Below are positions 44,777 through 55,069 of a DNA stretch of 58,220 bases, piece by piece. The notes under the pieces were generated by a model that worked only from the letters and a program-made list of their open reading frames with translations, had not been told where the DNA came from and made no database searches. Origin of the DNA: a virus (taxonomy: Duplodnaviria; Caudoviricetes). The stretch covers positions 1 through 58,220 of the IMG/VR virus record IMGVR_UViG_3300036820_000022. One strand, written 5' to 3'. The translations under genes and the position numbers were made by a program. Numbering within the stretch: the stretch's first letter is position 1; each line of letters starts with the position of its first letter.

Positions 44777-45418
44777 ATGCCTAGCGAAGCGCTCCGTCGT
44801 AAAGCCGGTGCCAGAGGCGCAGGTGACGGCCAACCGACCGAACTAGAAAACCCCGCGGCCGCCAAGAAAAAGCCCGAAAAAACGCCGGAGGAGGTCCGCA
44901 AGATTCTTCGCCCCGACGTTTTGGAGTTTGCGATTACGCGCCAAACTTCCGTCGATGGCGTCGTCGCGGCGCTGCCATTCAAGCTCGTCGTCCCGATGGT
45001 CTTTACCCTGGGCGACATTTTGCAGCGCGACGTCGAGGCTGACTTCGAAGCCTACATCCAACTCATTATGACCGAGGTCGCGGAGATTACCGGCAAATCC
45101 GACCTCCGCATTAATCCGATGCGGATGTTCTTGCAAGAGAATCTGCCGTTTATCGACATTGCCGTGGCGACCTCAAACGTGCGGCGCTTTCTGGATCGCA
45201 TCTTGCTCAAGGCGGCCTACGTCGTGGATCCCGGCGATCGCGATCAGACGAAGCGAATCGCGCTGCCGACCGACCTCGTGCAACTCAAGCGAAACGATAT
45301 CGTCGCGATCGGCGCGCAGTTCGTTGGGCGCTGGTTCGACCGCTGGTTGGAAGCGCGCAAGGCCGAGCGCGAGGCAGCGGGCGCTCCAAAAAACGCGGCG
45401 GGGGCAGCGCAGACGTAA
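44777..45418 (+). CDS. Tail assembly chaperone (gpG-like)
   Basis: Between tube and tape measure; ends with the PKN slippery site. Confidence 0.75.
   Translation: MPSEALRRKAGARGAGDGQPTELENPAAAKKKPEKTPEEVRKILRPDVLEFAITRQTSVDGVVAALPFKLVVPMVFTLGDILQRDVEADFEAYIQLIMTEVAEITGKSDLRINPMRMFLQENLPFIDIAVATSNVRRFLDRILLKAAYVVDPGDRDQTKRIALPTDLVQLKRNDIVAIGAQFVGRWFDRWLEARKAEREAAGAPKNAAGAAQT
45388..45394 (+). other. -1 programmed ribosomal frameshift site A AAA AAC
   Basis: The -1 frame is open from here into 45427..45615, giving a gpGT-type fusion. Confidence 0.8.
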
Positions 45419-45426
45419 GCCACCTG

Positions 45427-45615
45427 ATGGCTGCCCTTTTCGATGCCTACGGATGGACACCGGACACCGTTTACGGCCTCACGTACGCCCAGGCGCAACT
45501 CTGGGCTGAACGCGGCCGCGAGCGCATTCGAGACCGAGCGCGCCTGCAAGCCCAAGAGCAGCGCGAGACGTTTATCGACATTCTCTGCGCGGCTGGCGCG
45601 ATAAAACGAAAATAA
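45427..45615 (+). CDS. gpT-like C-terminal part of the frameshifted tail chaperone
   Basis: YGWTPDTVYGLTYAQ motif; lies in the -1 frame of the upstream ORF. Confidence 0.75.
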   Translation: MAALFDAYGWTPDTVYGLTYAQAQLWAERGRERIRDRARLQAQEQRETFIDILCAAGAIKRK

Positions 45616-45616
45616 G

Positions 45617-48600
45617 ATGGCCGACGATCAGCAAAATCTCCAAGTAACGATTACCGCGACCGATGCGGGCGCAACGGCCGTACTTGCTGACGTTCAGGCG
45701 AAGATCGAGGCGATCGAGGCCGAGCTGAAGGCCGTTGGCGCAAGCGGTGCGTCGGCGGGGTCCTCCATAGCGTCCGGAATGTCGCAGGTGGCCGATAAGG
45801 CTGGCGCTGCAAGCGGTGCCGCGGCCGTTCTCGGCGGCTCCGCGAAGGCCGCTAAAAACGAACTCTCTGACCTAAACGAAGTCGGTGGCAACGCGGCGCG
45901 CATGTTCTCGGCGCTGGGAGTCGAGGGCGGCGAGGCTGCCGGCCGCGTCGGCGCTCTCGTCGGCGCGCTGGGCAGCATGACCGCGGTCGCTCCCGAACTG
46001 ATCGCATTCTTCGCCGTACTCGCTGCCGGCATGGCGGTCTTTGACTTCTTCAAGCAGGGCGTTAAAGACGCCGAGGATCTCCAATCGGAAATGTCCTCGA
46101 TGGGCGCGTCGATCCGCGCTCAGGGCGGCGATTGGTCTGCGCTCTCTGGCCAAATCAAAGAGTTCATCGATAGCGAGTCGATGGCGTCGGGTTTCACCGA
46201 AAACGAGATGGCGTCGGCGCTCAACTCACTCGTTACGTCGCTTGCCGGCGTCGAGAGCGGAACGAAGGCCGTCAGCGACTCGGAGAAGATTCTCGCGGTC
46301 GCTGAAGAGGTCGCGATCGCTAAACACATCAGCTTAGCCGAAGCGACGCACGATATCACTGAGGCCGAGGCTGGCCGCGGCATGGCGCTTGCGCAGCTCG
46401 ATCCGCGGATCAAGACGATGATCCAGGATCACGACACGCTCGACCAAGTGCTCAAGGTTCTCCACGACGATTACCAGGATCAGCTCAAGGATACCGATAG
46501 CGCGCAGATGGCGCAGGCGCGTCTGCACGCGGCGCTCGCGGCGACCGGCGAGGAACTGGGCTCGCGGCTGCTCCCGTATATCGTGCAGCTCTCCACGGAG
46601 CTCATCGGCATCATCCCGGCAGCCGAAGACATGGGTAGCGCGGTCGTCGACGTGTTCCAGACGATCTCGCACACGGTCGGCATTGCGATTCACGATATCA
46701 CGGCCTTTCACGACGCCGTCGATCTTGTCGATATCGGGCACGTCAACGAAGAACTAAACAAATCGCTCGCCGATCAGAACTGGCTGAGCAAGAACGATCC
46801 GGCTAGCGCGCTGAAAAAGTTCCAGCAGGCCGCGACCGACTACGGCAAAGCCTACAAGACGGCCGAGAACGAGATTACCGCGGCGATCAAGCAGCACATC
46901 GCCGCCGTCGATAACCTTAACACCAGCTTCAATCCGACGCTCGGCACTAAAGCCCCAAGTTCGGGCTCCGGCTACACGCCGCCGGTTCTAACCGACGAAA
47001 TCGACCAAGATAAGCTCGAAACGCAGGCGCAAGAAGAGAACATGCGTGTGTCGGACGCCCTTGCCGACGCGAAAGACCGGGCGACGGTAGCGGAAGCAAG
47101 CCTTTCGGCGGCGATGAAGGACGCCACCACCGTCGCGGGCGAGCAGAGCGCCCAGGCCGCGCTCGACGCCAAGACCATCGAAGACCTCAGCGCCCAGCAC
47201 AAGATCCTCAACAACGCGATCTACGACGAAACGCGGATGCTTGGAGTTGATGAAACTGCGCACAAGGCCGCGACCGCATCGTACGAATCGGCTAAATCCG
47301 CGCTTACGTCTTTTACACAGGCGCACGCTGGCGAGAAAAGTATGTCCGAGGGCGACAAGGAGACGATCGAGCAGCTCCGGTCGGCCTATCAAGCAGCCGA
47401 ACAGGAATGGGAAAAGACTGGCTCTGTCGTCCATACGCTCACGAGCGAAATCCGCGCGCACCGCGAGGAAGCCGCGCGCGATGCTGCGCAGGAAATAGCG
47501 CTCGCTTCAGCGGCGCGAGACTCTGCCGCATCAGCCGAGCGTGATTGGGATAAATACTACCAGGACCAGAAGCAAAAGGCGCAGGATGATCTTGCAACCT
47601 TCCGGCTGAGCAACGCGCAAAAGGTCGTTTACTTCGCGCAGCAGCTTTCGAGCGTTCAGGGACTCATCCAGCAAAACCAGGCCGTTCTCGATGCGCTCTA
47701 TCAAGAGGACGTCGCCGCGTTTAAAGCTGGCGATTTCGCAAAGGTTCGCGATGTCGAGCAAACGATGGCGCAAATCTCGGCGCTCATCGCGCACGAGGTA
47801 GATCAGGCCAAACAGTACGACGAAGACGAGCTCAACGCCAAGAAAGAAATCCTCCAGCAAGAGGCCGACGCCTATAAGGCGATGATCGACAAAGAGCAGC
47901 AGATCACGCAAACGTTCCTCGACGATATCCTGACCGAACACAAAACCTTCGCGCAAGAAATCAAGTCGGTCATGGATTCGATGCTCAAAGATTACATCGC
48001 CGGAATGAGCAAAGCGATGTTCCCACAAAACGCGGGCCAAACTGGCTCAACCAACGGGTTCGCCCAGTTCTTCCAAGGATTCTTCGGCGGCGTTTCGGGC
48101 AGCTCGGCGCAGACGCAGAACGCCGATACGCAACTTCAAAACGCCGGGATGAAGCTCGAGTCGGTCGCCACGGGGCCACAGACGCAGGCCGCCCAAGCGC
48201 TCTCCGGTTCCGCGCAGCAGCTCGATCAGGCCGCACTTGCGCTGCAACGCAGTTCGTCGAGCAGTGGCGGCACAAGCGGGCTCGCTACCTACCCGACGCC
48301 TTCGGGAAATGCGTTGGTGACGTACACCGGCGGCGTCGACGCCGACGAGATCACGACCGACTTCAACACCGCTTCCACCGCCGGGGACAACACGACGTAT
48401 CCGCTTTCGGGCGGTCAATCGATCATGCTCGGATGGAACGGCGCATCAACGGCGTCGCTAGGCAGCGACGAAGGGGATCAGGCGCTTTCAGAGATTCCAG
48501 GCGTCGGCGTTCCGCTTTCGATGACCAACGTTTCCAGCGTTGCGCCTGCCGGCGCGAGTTCGGCGTTTTCAAAGATCGGTGGCTACGTCAGCGAGGCGCT

Positions 48601-49531
48601 GATGGGCTACATGATGGGCCAGTCGATCAACTCGCTAGAAAATCCGAACGAAGCTCCAGGCGACAGCAGCGCAACGTTTGCCGGCATCGGCGGCGCGCTC
48701 GGTGATATCGGCGGCACGATCGTCGGCGGCCCGGTCGGCGGCTTCATCGGCTCGATTCTTGGTTCGCTCGTCGGCGGACTGTTCGGCTCGCACGAAACGG
48801 CCGCTGAAGAACCCGACGTCTCCGAACCCAACTACGGCACGCAATGGAGCTACGGTCAGTTTGTTTCAAACATGATCGGCACATACGGCACGTACAACGG
48901 CACGACGATCCAGGCCCAGCAGGCGTACAACCAATACGAAGGCGGCACGCCGATGGGCCAGCAGGTCTTTCAAGAGCTTGCCGATCTGCCCAAAAACCTC
49001 TCGCCGGTGGTCGAAGGGCTCGCGTCGCAACTGCGCGCGCTCGAAGACGGCGACACGAACTCAAACGCGCTGGAAATCAAGAGCCAGAGCCAAGGCATGT
49101 TCACCCTGGAATCCGGCGCGACGGTTAGCGTGCAGCAGTACATGCAAATGATCGGCCAGTTTATGTCCGAGACCGCCGGCATGATTCCGACGTTTCAGCT
49201 TACGCGCGCCTATCCGAATCTCAACAAGAGCACGCTCAAACAAACCGGCGAGTACGACCCGACGGTCAGCTATGGCCCGCTGCCGCCGCAAGGGACGCCG
49301 CCGCCCTATTCCAATCAGCCTGGCTATCCAAACGGGCCGTCGGGGCCCAATGGTCAGCGGCAAATCAATCTCACCGTCAACGTAAACGGGACGGTCATCG
49401 GCGGTGGCCAGATTCCCGACCAGGTCGCGCAAGAGATCGCCCAAGCGCTCCAACGCCTCGATATCGGAACGGCTGCCGGCGGAATCTCCACGCGTCTTGG
49501 CTCAAGCCGCGGCGGCGGGGGCGACTGGTAG
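45617..49531 (+). CDS. Tape measure protein
   Basis: 1304 aa, Ala-rich helical; N-terminal LQVTITATD; Gly-rich hydrophobic segment near the C-terminus. Confidence 0.92.
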   Translation: MADDQQNLQVTITATDAGATAVLADVQAKIEAIEAELKAVGASGASAGSSIASGMSQVADKAGAASGAAAVLGGSAKAAKNELSDLNEVGGNAARMFSALGVEGGEAAGRVGALVGALGSMTAVAPELIAFFAVLAAGMAVFDFFKQGVKDAEDLQSEMSSMGASIRAQGGDWSALSGQIKEFIDSESMASGFTENEMASALNSLVTSLAGVESGTKAVSDSEKILAVAEEVAIAKHISLAEATHDITEAEAGRGMALAQLDPRIKTMIQDHDTLDQVLKVLHDDYQDQLKDTDSAQMAQARLHAALAATGEELGSRLLPYIVQLSTELIGIIPAAEDMGSAVVDVFQTISHTVGIAIHDITAFHDAVDLVDIGHVNEELNKSLADQNWLSKNDPASALKKFQQAATDYGKAYKTAENEITAAIKQHIAAVDNLNTSFNPTLGTKAPSSGSGYTPPVLTDEIDQDKLETQAQEENMRVSDALADAKDRATVAEASLSAAMKDATTVAGEQSAQAALDAKTIEDLSAQHKILNNAIYDETRMLGVDETAHKAATASYESAKSALTSFTQAHAGEKSMSEGDKETIEQLRSAYQAAEQEWEKTGSVVHTLTSEIRAHREEAARDAAQEIALASAARDSAASAERDWDKYYQDQKQKAQDDLATFRLSNAQKVVYFAQQLSSVQGLIQQNQAVLDALYQEDVAAFKAGDFAKVRDVEQTMAQISALIAHEVDQAKQYDEDELNAKKEILQQEADAYKAMIDKEQQITQTFLDDILTEHKTFAQEIKSVMDSMLKDYIAGMSKAMFPQNAGQTGSTNGFAQFFQGFFGGVSGSSAQTQNADTQLQNAGMKLESVATGPQTQAAQALSGSAQQLDQAALALQRSSSSSGGTSGLATYPTPSGNALVTYTGGVDADEITTDFNTASTAGDNTTYPLSGGQSIMLGWNGASTASLGSDEGDQALSEIPGVGVPLSMTNVSSVAPAGASSAFSKIGGYVSEALMGYMMGQSINSLENPNEAPGDSSATFAGIGGALGDIGGTIVGGPVGGFIGSILGSLVGGLFGSHETAAEEPDVSEPNYGTQWSYGQFVSNMIGTYGTYNGTTIQAQQAYNQYEGGTPMGQQVFQELADLPKNLSPVVEGLASQLRALEDGDTNSNALEIKSQSQGMFTLESGATVSVQQYMQMIGQFMSETAGMIPTFQLTRAYPNLNKSTLKQTGEYDPTVSYGPLPPQGTPPPYSNQPGYPNGPSGPNGQRQINLTVNVNGTVIGGGQIPDQVAQEIAQALQRLDIGTAAGGISTRLGSSRGGGGDW

Positions 49532-49535
49532 CTTC

Positions 49536-52500
49536 GTGGCCGTCCACATCGTCGAAAGTACGACGGGGAGCGCTGCCTCCGCTGAAGCCGTAACCGTTAG
49601 CTTTCCCAGCGCCGAAACGGGCGATCTGCTGGTTTTCACCTATTCGGCGTACTTCAAAGAATTTGGGGAGAGCGCGTGGCTCCCGAACAGCGGATGGCAA
49701 GCAGTTCCTCCGACCACGAATGCCGTCGACGGCGTCACCGGAATGCTCTTTCACATAGTCGCCGAGGGCGAAACGTCGTGGACTCCCTGCAACGATGACA
49801 GCAACAGCGTCGCTGGCCTCTGGCAATGTTATCGCGTTCAGGGCCACAGCATTGCAAACCCGATCCTCAATTTCTATCAGGCCGCGGGAACCTCGATCTA
49901 TGACTTGACCTGTCCTGGCGCAGCGGCTGTAGCGGTGCTGGGCATGGCGTTTGCCGTCGCGCTATTCAACGACACGACGGTCGGAATGTCGGGTGGCGTC
50001 TCAGGCGGAGAATCTTGGACCGTCGACAGTCTTGCCGGAAGCGGAAGCACCTTTCACGCCGTTGCGCACGTGCAGTTCATCGACAATGTGACCCCCGCAA
50101 CGGGCGTCTGGGCGAGCAATCCAAACAACTCCGTGGAGTTCGTCATCCAGTGCGAGCCCGGCGGCTCCGACGACGGGTACGTCGTTATGCAGGAAATCTC
50201 GCCGTCATTCTTTTACGGCGGCTCGGGGCTCGGTTTCGGCCTATCGTGGACGCCGACGGTCGGGAATCGCCTCGTTGCGGTGTTCTTGGGCTCAAGCCTT
50301 CTTGGCGGCGAAACGCTGACGCCGAATACCGGCTGGAATATCCATATCAATCAAGCCGGGATCATCGTCGCGGTCAAAACTATTTCCAGCGGCGACGGCG
50401 AAAACTACACGGTTTCAGCCGATTCCCCTGGCATTTCTGGAGCCAACTGGGCGGCCTTCGTTTACGAAATCGGTTCGGATAACGATTGGGTCGGCGGCGC
50501 GTACGCCGACATTAGCGGTGGCGCCTACCAAACCCCAAGCTTTACGCCGCCGACGTCGCCGGCGTTCATTATTTACGCGGTCACGTCGTACACCGACGAA
50601 ACCCCGACGTGGCCGGATTACACCTGCGATTCGGGTCAAGTCCCCGATGGCGGCTACGCCGAATCGATCAACGGCGGCGGCATCGATAATAAGTTTTGCT
50701 GCGCTGCGGGTCACATGCTCGTCGGCGGCGGCGGGACCGATGCGACCTTTGGTCTGCCTGGTGGCCTCACGACCGCTTACGGTGCCACGCTTGCGTTTAG
50801 CGGAGCCGTCCCATGCCCGTCCGATCCGCCCGCGACGACGATCGGCTCGCTCTTTCCCGTAGGCATCCCTCAGGCGCGCGTCACGGTCTACCAAGCGCTG
50901 ACCGACGACGAAGGCGCGCTGCAAGTCGTAACGTGGGACGGCGGCAACTCGCTCGAAGTCCGCGACGACTTTATCGGCGGCTCGATTCAGTACGAAGATA
51001 CGCCATCGGGATGCGGCGCGGCGACGCTCTCGCTCGGCATTCCGTGGGAAGCCATGGAACAAGGGCCAGCGGGAACGCCGTACTGGCTCGCCCGTAACAT
51101 CGTGGAAATCTCAGCCTGGGACGACGTTGTTCAATCCGACTACACCCACGGCGACGCGAAGATTTACGTCGGCTCGCGCTACGGCTACGACGCCGCGCTT
51201 GGCCAAGACAAGCCGCAACTGATTCTCGACGACGGCACCAACGTCACCTATCGAATCAAGGTAACAGGCGTCGGCACGGACGGCGGCGGCGATTACGTCA
51301 CGGTGATGACGACTCCCGGAACCTACCCCGATTCGCCCTCGGAGATCCCCGATTACGCCGCCGGGACAGCGATCTACCGGCGCCGCTATACCGGCATCAT
51401 TATGAAGCGCGGCCTCTACAACAGCCGCCAGCCGCAGGGCCAAGTCACCTGCACCGGCCTCGCGCAGTACCTTAATGAAGCCGTCGGGACGTTCACGATC
51501 AACCTCGACGAGGTCGGCGACGCGCTCTATAACTGCCTCGCGCAGTTCGCTTCGCGCTGGCCGCAGCTCACGATCGACGTTTCCAACTTCCCCTATACCG
51601 GCAACAGCTACAGTGGCAGCAACCAGCAGTACACACTCGCCGACGAGATCACGCAGATTCTCTCCTGCGGCATCACTAACGGCGACACGTGGGTCGTGCG
51701 TGTCGGGCACGATCGTGTCGTTCGGCTATTGCAGCTTTACTCGCAAGCCTGCACAGCCTACAACTACAATGTCACGCTGCGCCAGGGAACGGGCACGGGC
51801 GATAACTCGGCGTTCGAAGCGCTCTCCGTCACCGGCCAAGACGAGGACGTTTCCAACTTCTACAACTCAGTCGAAGTCACGGGCGACACCAACCCGACGA
51901 CAAAGCAAGCCTACGGCGCGATCGTGCAGGATGACGAGTCGATCGAGATATTCCGTCAGGTCGATGGCGTTCCGATCTCCAACACGAGCTGCAAGAGCGA
52001 CGATGCCTGCGCCGCGTATGCCCAAGCGCTCCTCAACGATAACGCGATTCCGCGCAACAACTATCAAGTCAACGTCTACACATACAACAACGTCCTACCG
52101 ACCTACGCGCCGATGGGACTCGCGCGCGGCGACGTGATCTTGGGCGTCCATAACATCATCATTAAAGACTTCCTTGGCGGAGCGGACGATATCGACGGCC
52201 TCGTGCAGTCGGTCGTAACGACGATGGACGGTAAGACCGGCGACACGTCGCAGGTCGCGCAGTTCGCGCAGATCGAGCCGAACTGGAATCTCGCCGTCAA
52301 AGAGCGTGCGAACCGCTTTGCGATCACACTGCGGCGCAACGTAGTGCCGCCGGTGTCGGTCGATTCGTACATGGTCGGCGCGTTTGCCGATCAGATTCAT
52401 TACGCGAGCACGAGCCTCGACGTCACCGTGGGAGGAACGGACGGATTCCAGGTCGCGTTTGCGTACGGCGGCGGCATTCGCACGATAGCGCAGACCGTGC

Positions 52501-54014
52501 TGACGATGAATCCCAGCACGACGAACTACGTCTTTTTGGATTCGGGCGGCACGTTTCACATTCAGGGAGCCAACTCGATTCCAGCCGACGATACCTGGAT
52601 GCTGCACTCGATCTATCAGACGAGCAGCGGCGGCGTCATCGGGCATATATTCAAAGCGCCCCAAGGCGTGCTCGGCAACAACGGCAGCGGCGGCCCGGGC
52701 AGCGGCTCGGTCACCGAAGTCGATACGGGAACGGGGCTAACCGGCGGACCGATTACGAGCAGCGGCGAGATTTCGTTTGCGGACGTTGACGATCAGCGCA
52801 TCCTTGCGAATATCTCCGGCGGTTCTGCGGCACCGGTCCCCAAGTCGCTGTCGGATATTCTCGACGACGTTATCGCATCGGCGCGGGGCAGCATCATCAC
52901 GCGCGGCGCAAGCGGCTGGACGAACCTCGCGCCGGGAACGCTCGATGACGTTCTAACGAGCGGCGGCTCGGGGGCTGACCTATCATGGGCTCCCGCAGGC
53001 GGAAGCTCGACGCCCATCGTTCCTTCGGGCACATCGTTCCCCGGCTCGCCGACGAGCGGGCAGCTTTTCTTCCGCACCGACCTGCTCGCGCTCTTTTGGT
53101 ACAGCGGCTCGGCCTGGAAGAACGCCGACTCCATTGCGTCTCTCAACGACGTCGCGCTGACCTCGCCGGCAAACGGCGATGTCCTTACCTACGATTCGGG
53201 AAGCTCTACCTGGAAGAATGCGGCTCCGTCCGGTGGGGGAGTCTCATCGCTGCAATCTCTCACGGGTTCGCTGACCCTAGAATCGTCGGACAGTTCGGTC
53301 ATCTTTACAACTCCCGACTCGACGCATATCAACCTGAAAGCAGTCGGGAGCGGCGGCGCAAGCGTTGCTCCGTGGTATCCATTCCCGATTATTCAAGAAG
53401 CTCTCGGTACGACTGAATCGGGCGCCTCGACCTCGGTGGCCGCCAACCTGCCGGTAACGGCGACTGCCGGAAATACGCTGATTGCGATTCTCGCAACGTA
53501 CGACGATATGACGATTACGGCTCCGACGGGATGGACAATCATTCTTGCAGTCCCCGGTTTGAGCGGCGACAGCACCGGCCAGGTTGCCATTATGCTTAAG
53601 GTATCGGCGGGAACAGAAACGGGGATCGCGGTTACCCTTCCACTGTCAACGACGTTCGCGATACGGCTGCTTGAAATCTCCGGTTCGCGCTCTCTAGACG
53701 CGTCGGCGACGGCTCACCAGGCTAGCGCAAATAGCAACGGCGCAATCACCTTCCCTGCGATAACGCCGAGCGCGGGGGCGATGATCTTCGGCGTGGCCTC
53801 TGGCTACGCACAGAATGGATCGACGGCCAACTTGTCAACAGGAAACTATCTAAACGCAAGCATCGTTGTCGCCACGCAGAGTTCCGGCGGGTACTCGTTA
53901 TTTGCCGGAATTTATCTCGGCAAAGGGACCGGCTCGGCCGTTATCCCTATGCAGCTCCTTCCCTCTGGCCCACTGTATGGCGGATTCGCGTCGGCGATGT
54001 TCTCGCTACTCTGA
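49536..54014 (+). CDS. Large tail tip / fibre protein
   Basis: About 1490 aa after TMP; hub-like centre (YNSVEVTG..D.ESI..F); fibre motifs GSVTEVDTGTGLTGGPIT and LNDVALTSPANGDVLTYD. GTG start inferred. Confidence 0.8.
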   Translation: MAVHIVESTTGSAASAEAVTVSFPSAETGDLLVFTYSAYFKEFGESAWLPNSGWQAVPPTTNAVDGVTGMLFHIVAEGETSWTPCNDDSNSVAGLWQCYRVQGHSIANPILNFYQAAGTSIYDLTCPGAAAVAVLGMAFAVALFNDTTVGMSGGVSGGESWTVDSLAGSGSTFHAVAHVQFIDNVTPATGVWASNPNNSVEFVIQCEPGGSDDGYVVMQEISPSFFYGGSGLGFGLSWTPTVGNRLVAVFLGSSLLGGETLTPNTGWNIHINQAGIIVAVKTISSGDGENYTVSADSPGISGANWAAFVYEIGSDNDWVGGAYADISGGAYQTPSFTPPTSPAFIIYAVTSYTDETPTWPDYTCDSGQVPDGGYAESINGGGIDNKFCCAAGHMLVGGGGTDATFGLPGGLTTAYGATLAFSGAVPCPSDPPATTIGSLFPVGIPQARVTVYQALTDDEGALQVVTWDGGNSLEVRDDFIGGSIQYEDTPSGCGAATLSLGIPWEAMEQGPAGTPYWLARNIVEISAWDDVVQSDYTHGDAKIYVGSRYGYDAALGQDKPQLILDDGTNVTYRIKVTGVGTDGGGDYVTVMTTPGTYPDSPSEIPDYAAGTAIYRRRYTGIIMKRGLYNSRQPQGQVTCTGLAQYLNEAVGTFTINLDEVGDALYNCLAQFASRWPQLTIDVSNFPYTGNSYSGSNQQYTLADEITQILSCGITNGDTWVVRVGHDRVVRLLQLYSQACTAYNYNVTLRQGTGTGDNSAFEALSVTGQDEDVSNFYNSVEVTGDTNPTTKQAYGAIVQDDESIEIFRQVDGVPISNTSCKSDDACAAYAQALLNDNAIPRNNYQVNVYTYNNVLPTYAPMGLARGDVILGVHNIIIKDFLGGADDIDGLVQSVVTTMDGKTGDTSQVAQFAQIEPNWNLAVKERANRFAITLRRNVVPPVSVDSYMVGAFADQIHYASTSLDVTVGGTDGFQVAFAYGGGIRTIAQTVLTMNPSTTNYVFLDSGGTFHIQGANSIPADDTWMLHSIYQTSSGGVIGHIFKAPQGVLGNNGSGGPGSGSVTEVDTGTGLTGGPITSSGEISFADVDDQRILANISGGSAAPVPKSLSDILDDVIASARGSIITRGASGWTNLAPGTLDDVLTSGGSGADLSWAPAGGSSTPIVPSGTSFPGSPTSGQLFFRTDLLALFWYSGSAWKNADSIASLNDVALTSPANGDVLTYDSGSSTWKNAAPSGGGVSSLQSLTGSLTLESSDSSVIFTTPDSTHINLKAVGSGGASVAPWYPFPIIQEALGTTESGASTSVAANLPVTATAGNTLIAILATYDDMTITAPTGWTIILAVPGLSGDSTGQVAIMLKVSAGTETGIAVTLPLSTTFAIRLLEISGSRSLDASATAHQASANSNGAITFPAITPSAGAMIFGVASGYAQNGSTANLSTGNYLNASIVVATQSSGGYSLFAGIYLGKGTGSAVIPMQLLPSGPLYGGFASAMFSLL

Positions 54015-54018
54015 GCCT

Positions 54019-54852
54019 CTAGGCGGAACGGATCGCCAGCTTCGTAAAGAGCCAATAGGTGAGGCGCGGCGGCACGAATAGAAACGCTTCCTGCGCCACA
54101 TAGACCAGGCTCGACGCCAAAGTGTTGGTGTAGCCGTACTCCATAACAGCCGTCCGTTTTGCCGTAAGAGTGTCGGCCAATTGTTGCAGCGTGTGGGTGG
54201 CCTTCGTCGCATTTTGGTGTAGCCGATAGGCGGCTAATGGCTCTGCGAGATTGGCGATACTTCCGTGAAACGCAAGGCGGAAGATGAAGTCGTAATCCTC
54301 GCAGGTTTTGAAGCGTGTATCAAATCCCCCGGCAAGCAGCCCGTCGGCTCGCCGGAACATGATGGACGGAGCGCCGAACGGATCGTAAAGAAGAAGCGCC
54401 CGGCGTAGCTCTTCGTCGCTCGTCGGGTACGTTCGGAATCCGGTAGTATTTCCGGCCTCGTTAATTATTTCCAATGCTCCGCCAAGCAAAACGTGCTTCG
54501 GGTTTTCCTGGAAGAACGCGATCTGTTTTTCGAATCGCCCAGGAAGCGCGAGATCGTCCGCTCCGATCAGGGCAATAAGTCCCCCGCGCGCCTCATGGAT
54601 ACCACGGTTCAACGTGTAGGCCACGCCTTGATTGCTGTGTCTCAATAGTCGGATGCGCGAATCGACCGCGGCATATCCCGCAATCATTTCAGCGGTTCGG
54701 TCAGTCGATCCATCGTCAATAATCAGGAACTCAAAATCGGAATAGGACTGCGTTCGAACGCTGTCTATCGTGTCGGCCAGGTACTGTTCGCCGTTGTAAA
54801 CTGGCAGCAGTACGGTTAAGGGCAGATCGCCCACTGGCGCTTGCTCCATCAT
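54019..54852 (-). CDS. GT2 family glycosyltransferase (reverse-oriented moron)
   Basis: TVLLPVYNGE.YL, IIDDGSTD, GADD, EDYD motifs; lower GC. Confidence 0.92.
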   Translation of the reverse strand: MMEQAPVGDLPLTVLLPVYNGEQYLADTIDSVRTQSYSDFEFLIIDDGSTDRTAEMIAGYAAVDSRIRLLRHSNQGVAYTLNRGIHEARGGLIALIGADDLALPGRFEKQIAFFQENPKHVLLGGALEIINEAGNTTGFRTYPTSDEELRRALLLYDPFGAPSIMFRRADGLLAGGFDTRFKTCEDYDFIFRLAFHGSIANLAEPLAAYRLHQNATKATHTLQQLADTLTAKRTAVMEYGYTNTLASSLVYVAQEAFLFVPPRLTYWLFTKLAIRSA

Positions 54853-54895
54853 CTTTAGTATCGGCAAGTCGAGCGCGAGCCTCCAGCCCCGACCG

Positions 54896-54973
54896 CTAGC
54901 CGAACGCGAAGACGGCCACCGCCCCCAGGACGCCGACCACGATCGCCCAGGCGAAAATCTCAGATGATTTCAT
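54896..54973 (-). CDS. 25-aa hydrophobic peptide (not in ORF track)
   Basis: MKSSEIFAWAIVVGVLGAVAVFAFG; TAGGCT -10-like box 6 nt upstream of the ATG. Confidence 0.5.
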   Translation of the reverse strand: MKSSEIFAWAIVVGVLGAVAVFAFG

Positions 54974-55023
54974 GCTGCGAGCCTAGCCGAGCCCGCGCAA
55001 TCGTGCCTAAACCTCTCGTGTCT

Positions 55024-55069
55024 GGACACCCCGGGACCCCGAACGGCCAGCTTTTACGAAGAGCGGCTC
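55024..55069 (+). promoter_or_regulatory. GGACAC late-promoter-like element (lysis module)
   Basis: 46 nt upstream of ATG 55070; CGAA at offset 33. Confidence 0.6.

Noticed and set aside
45388-45615. Frameshift in the tail chaperone as pseudogene or novelty
   Set aside because: Matches the well-known conserved gpG/gpGT -1 frameshift.
49536-54014. Diversity-generating retroelement or invertible tail-fibre cassette
   Set aside because: No reverse transcriptase, no template/variable repeat pair and no invertase recognised.
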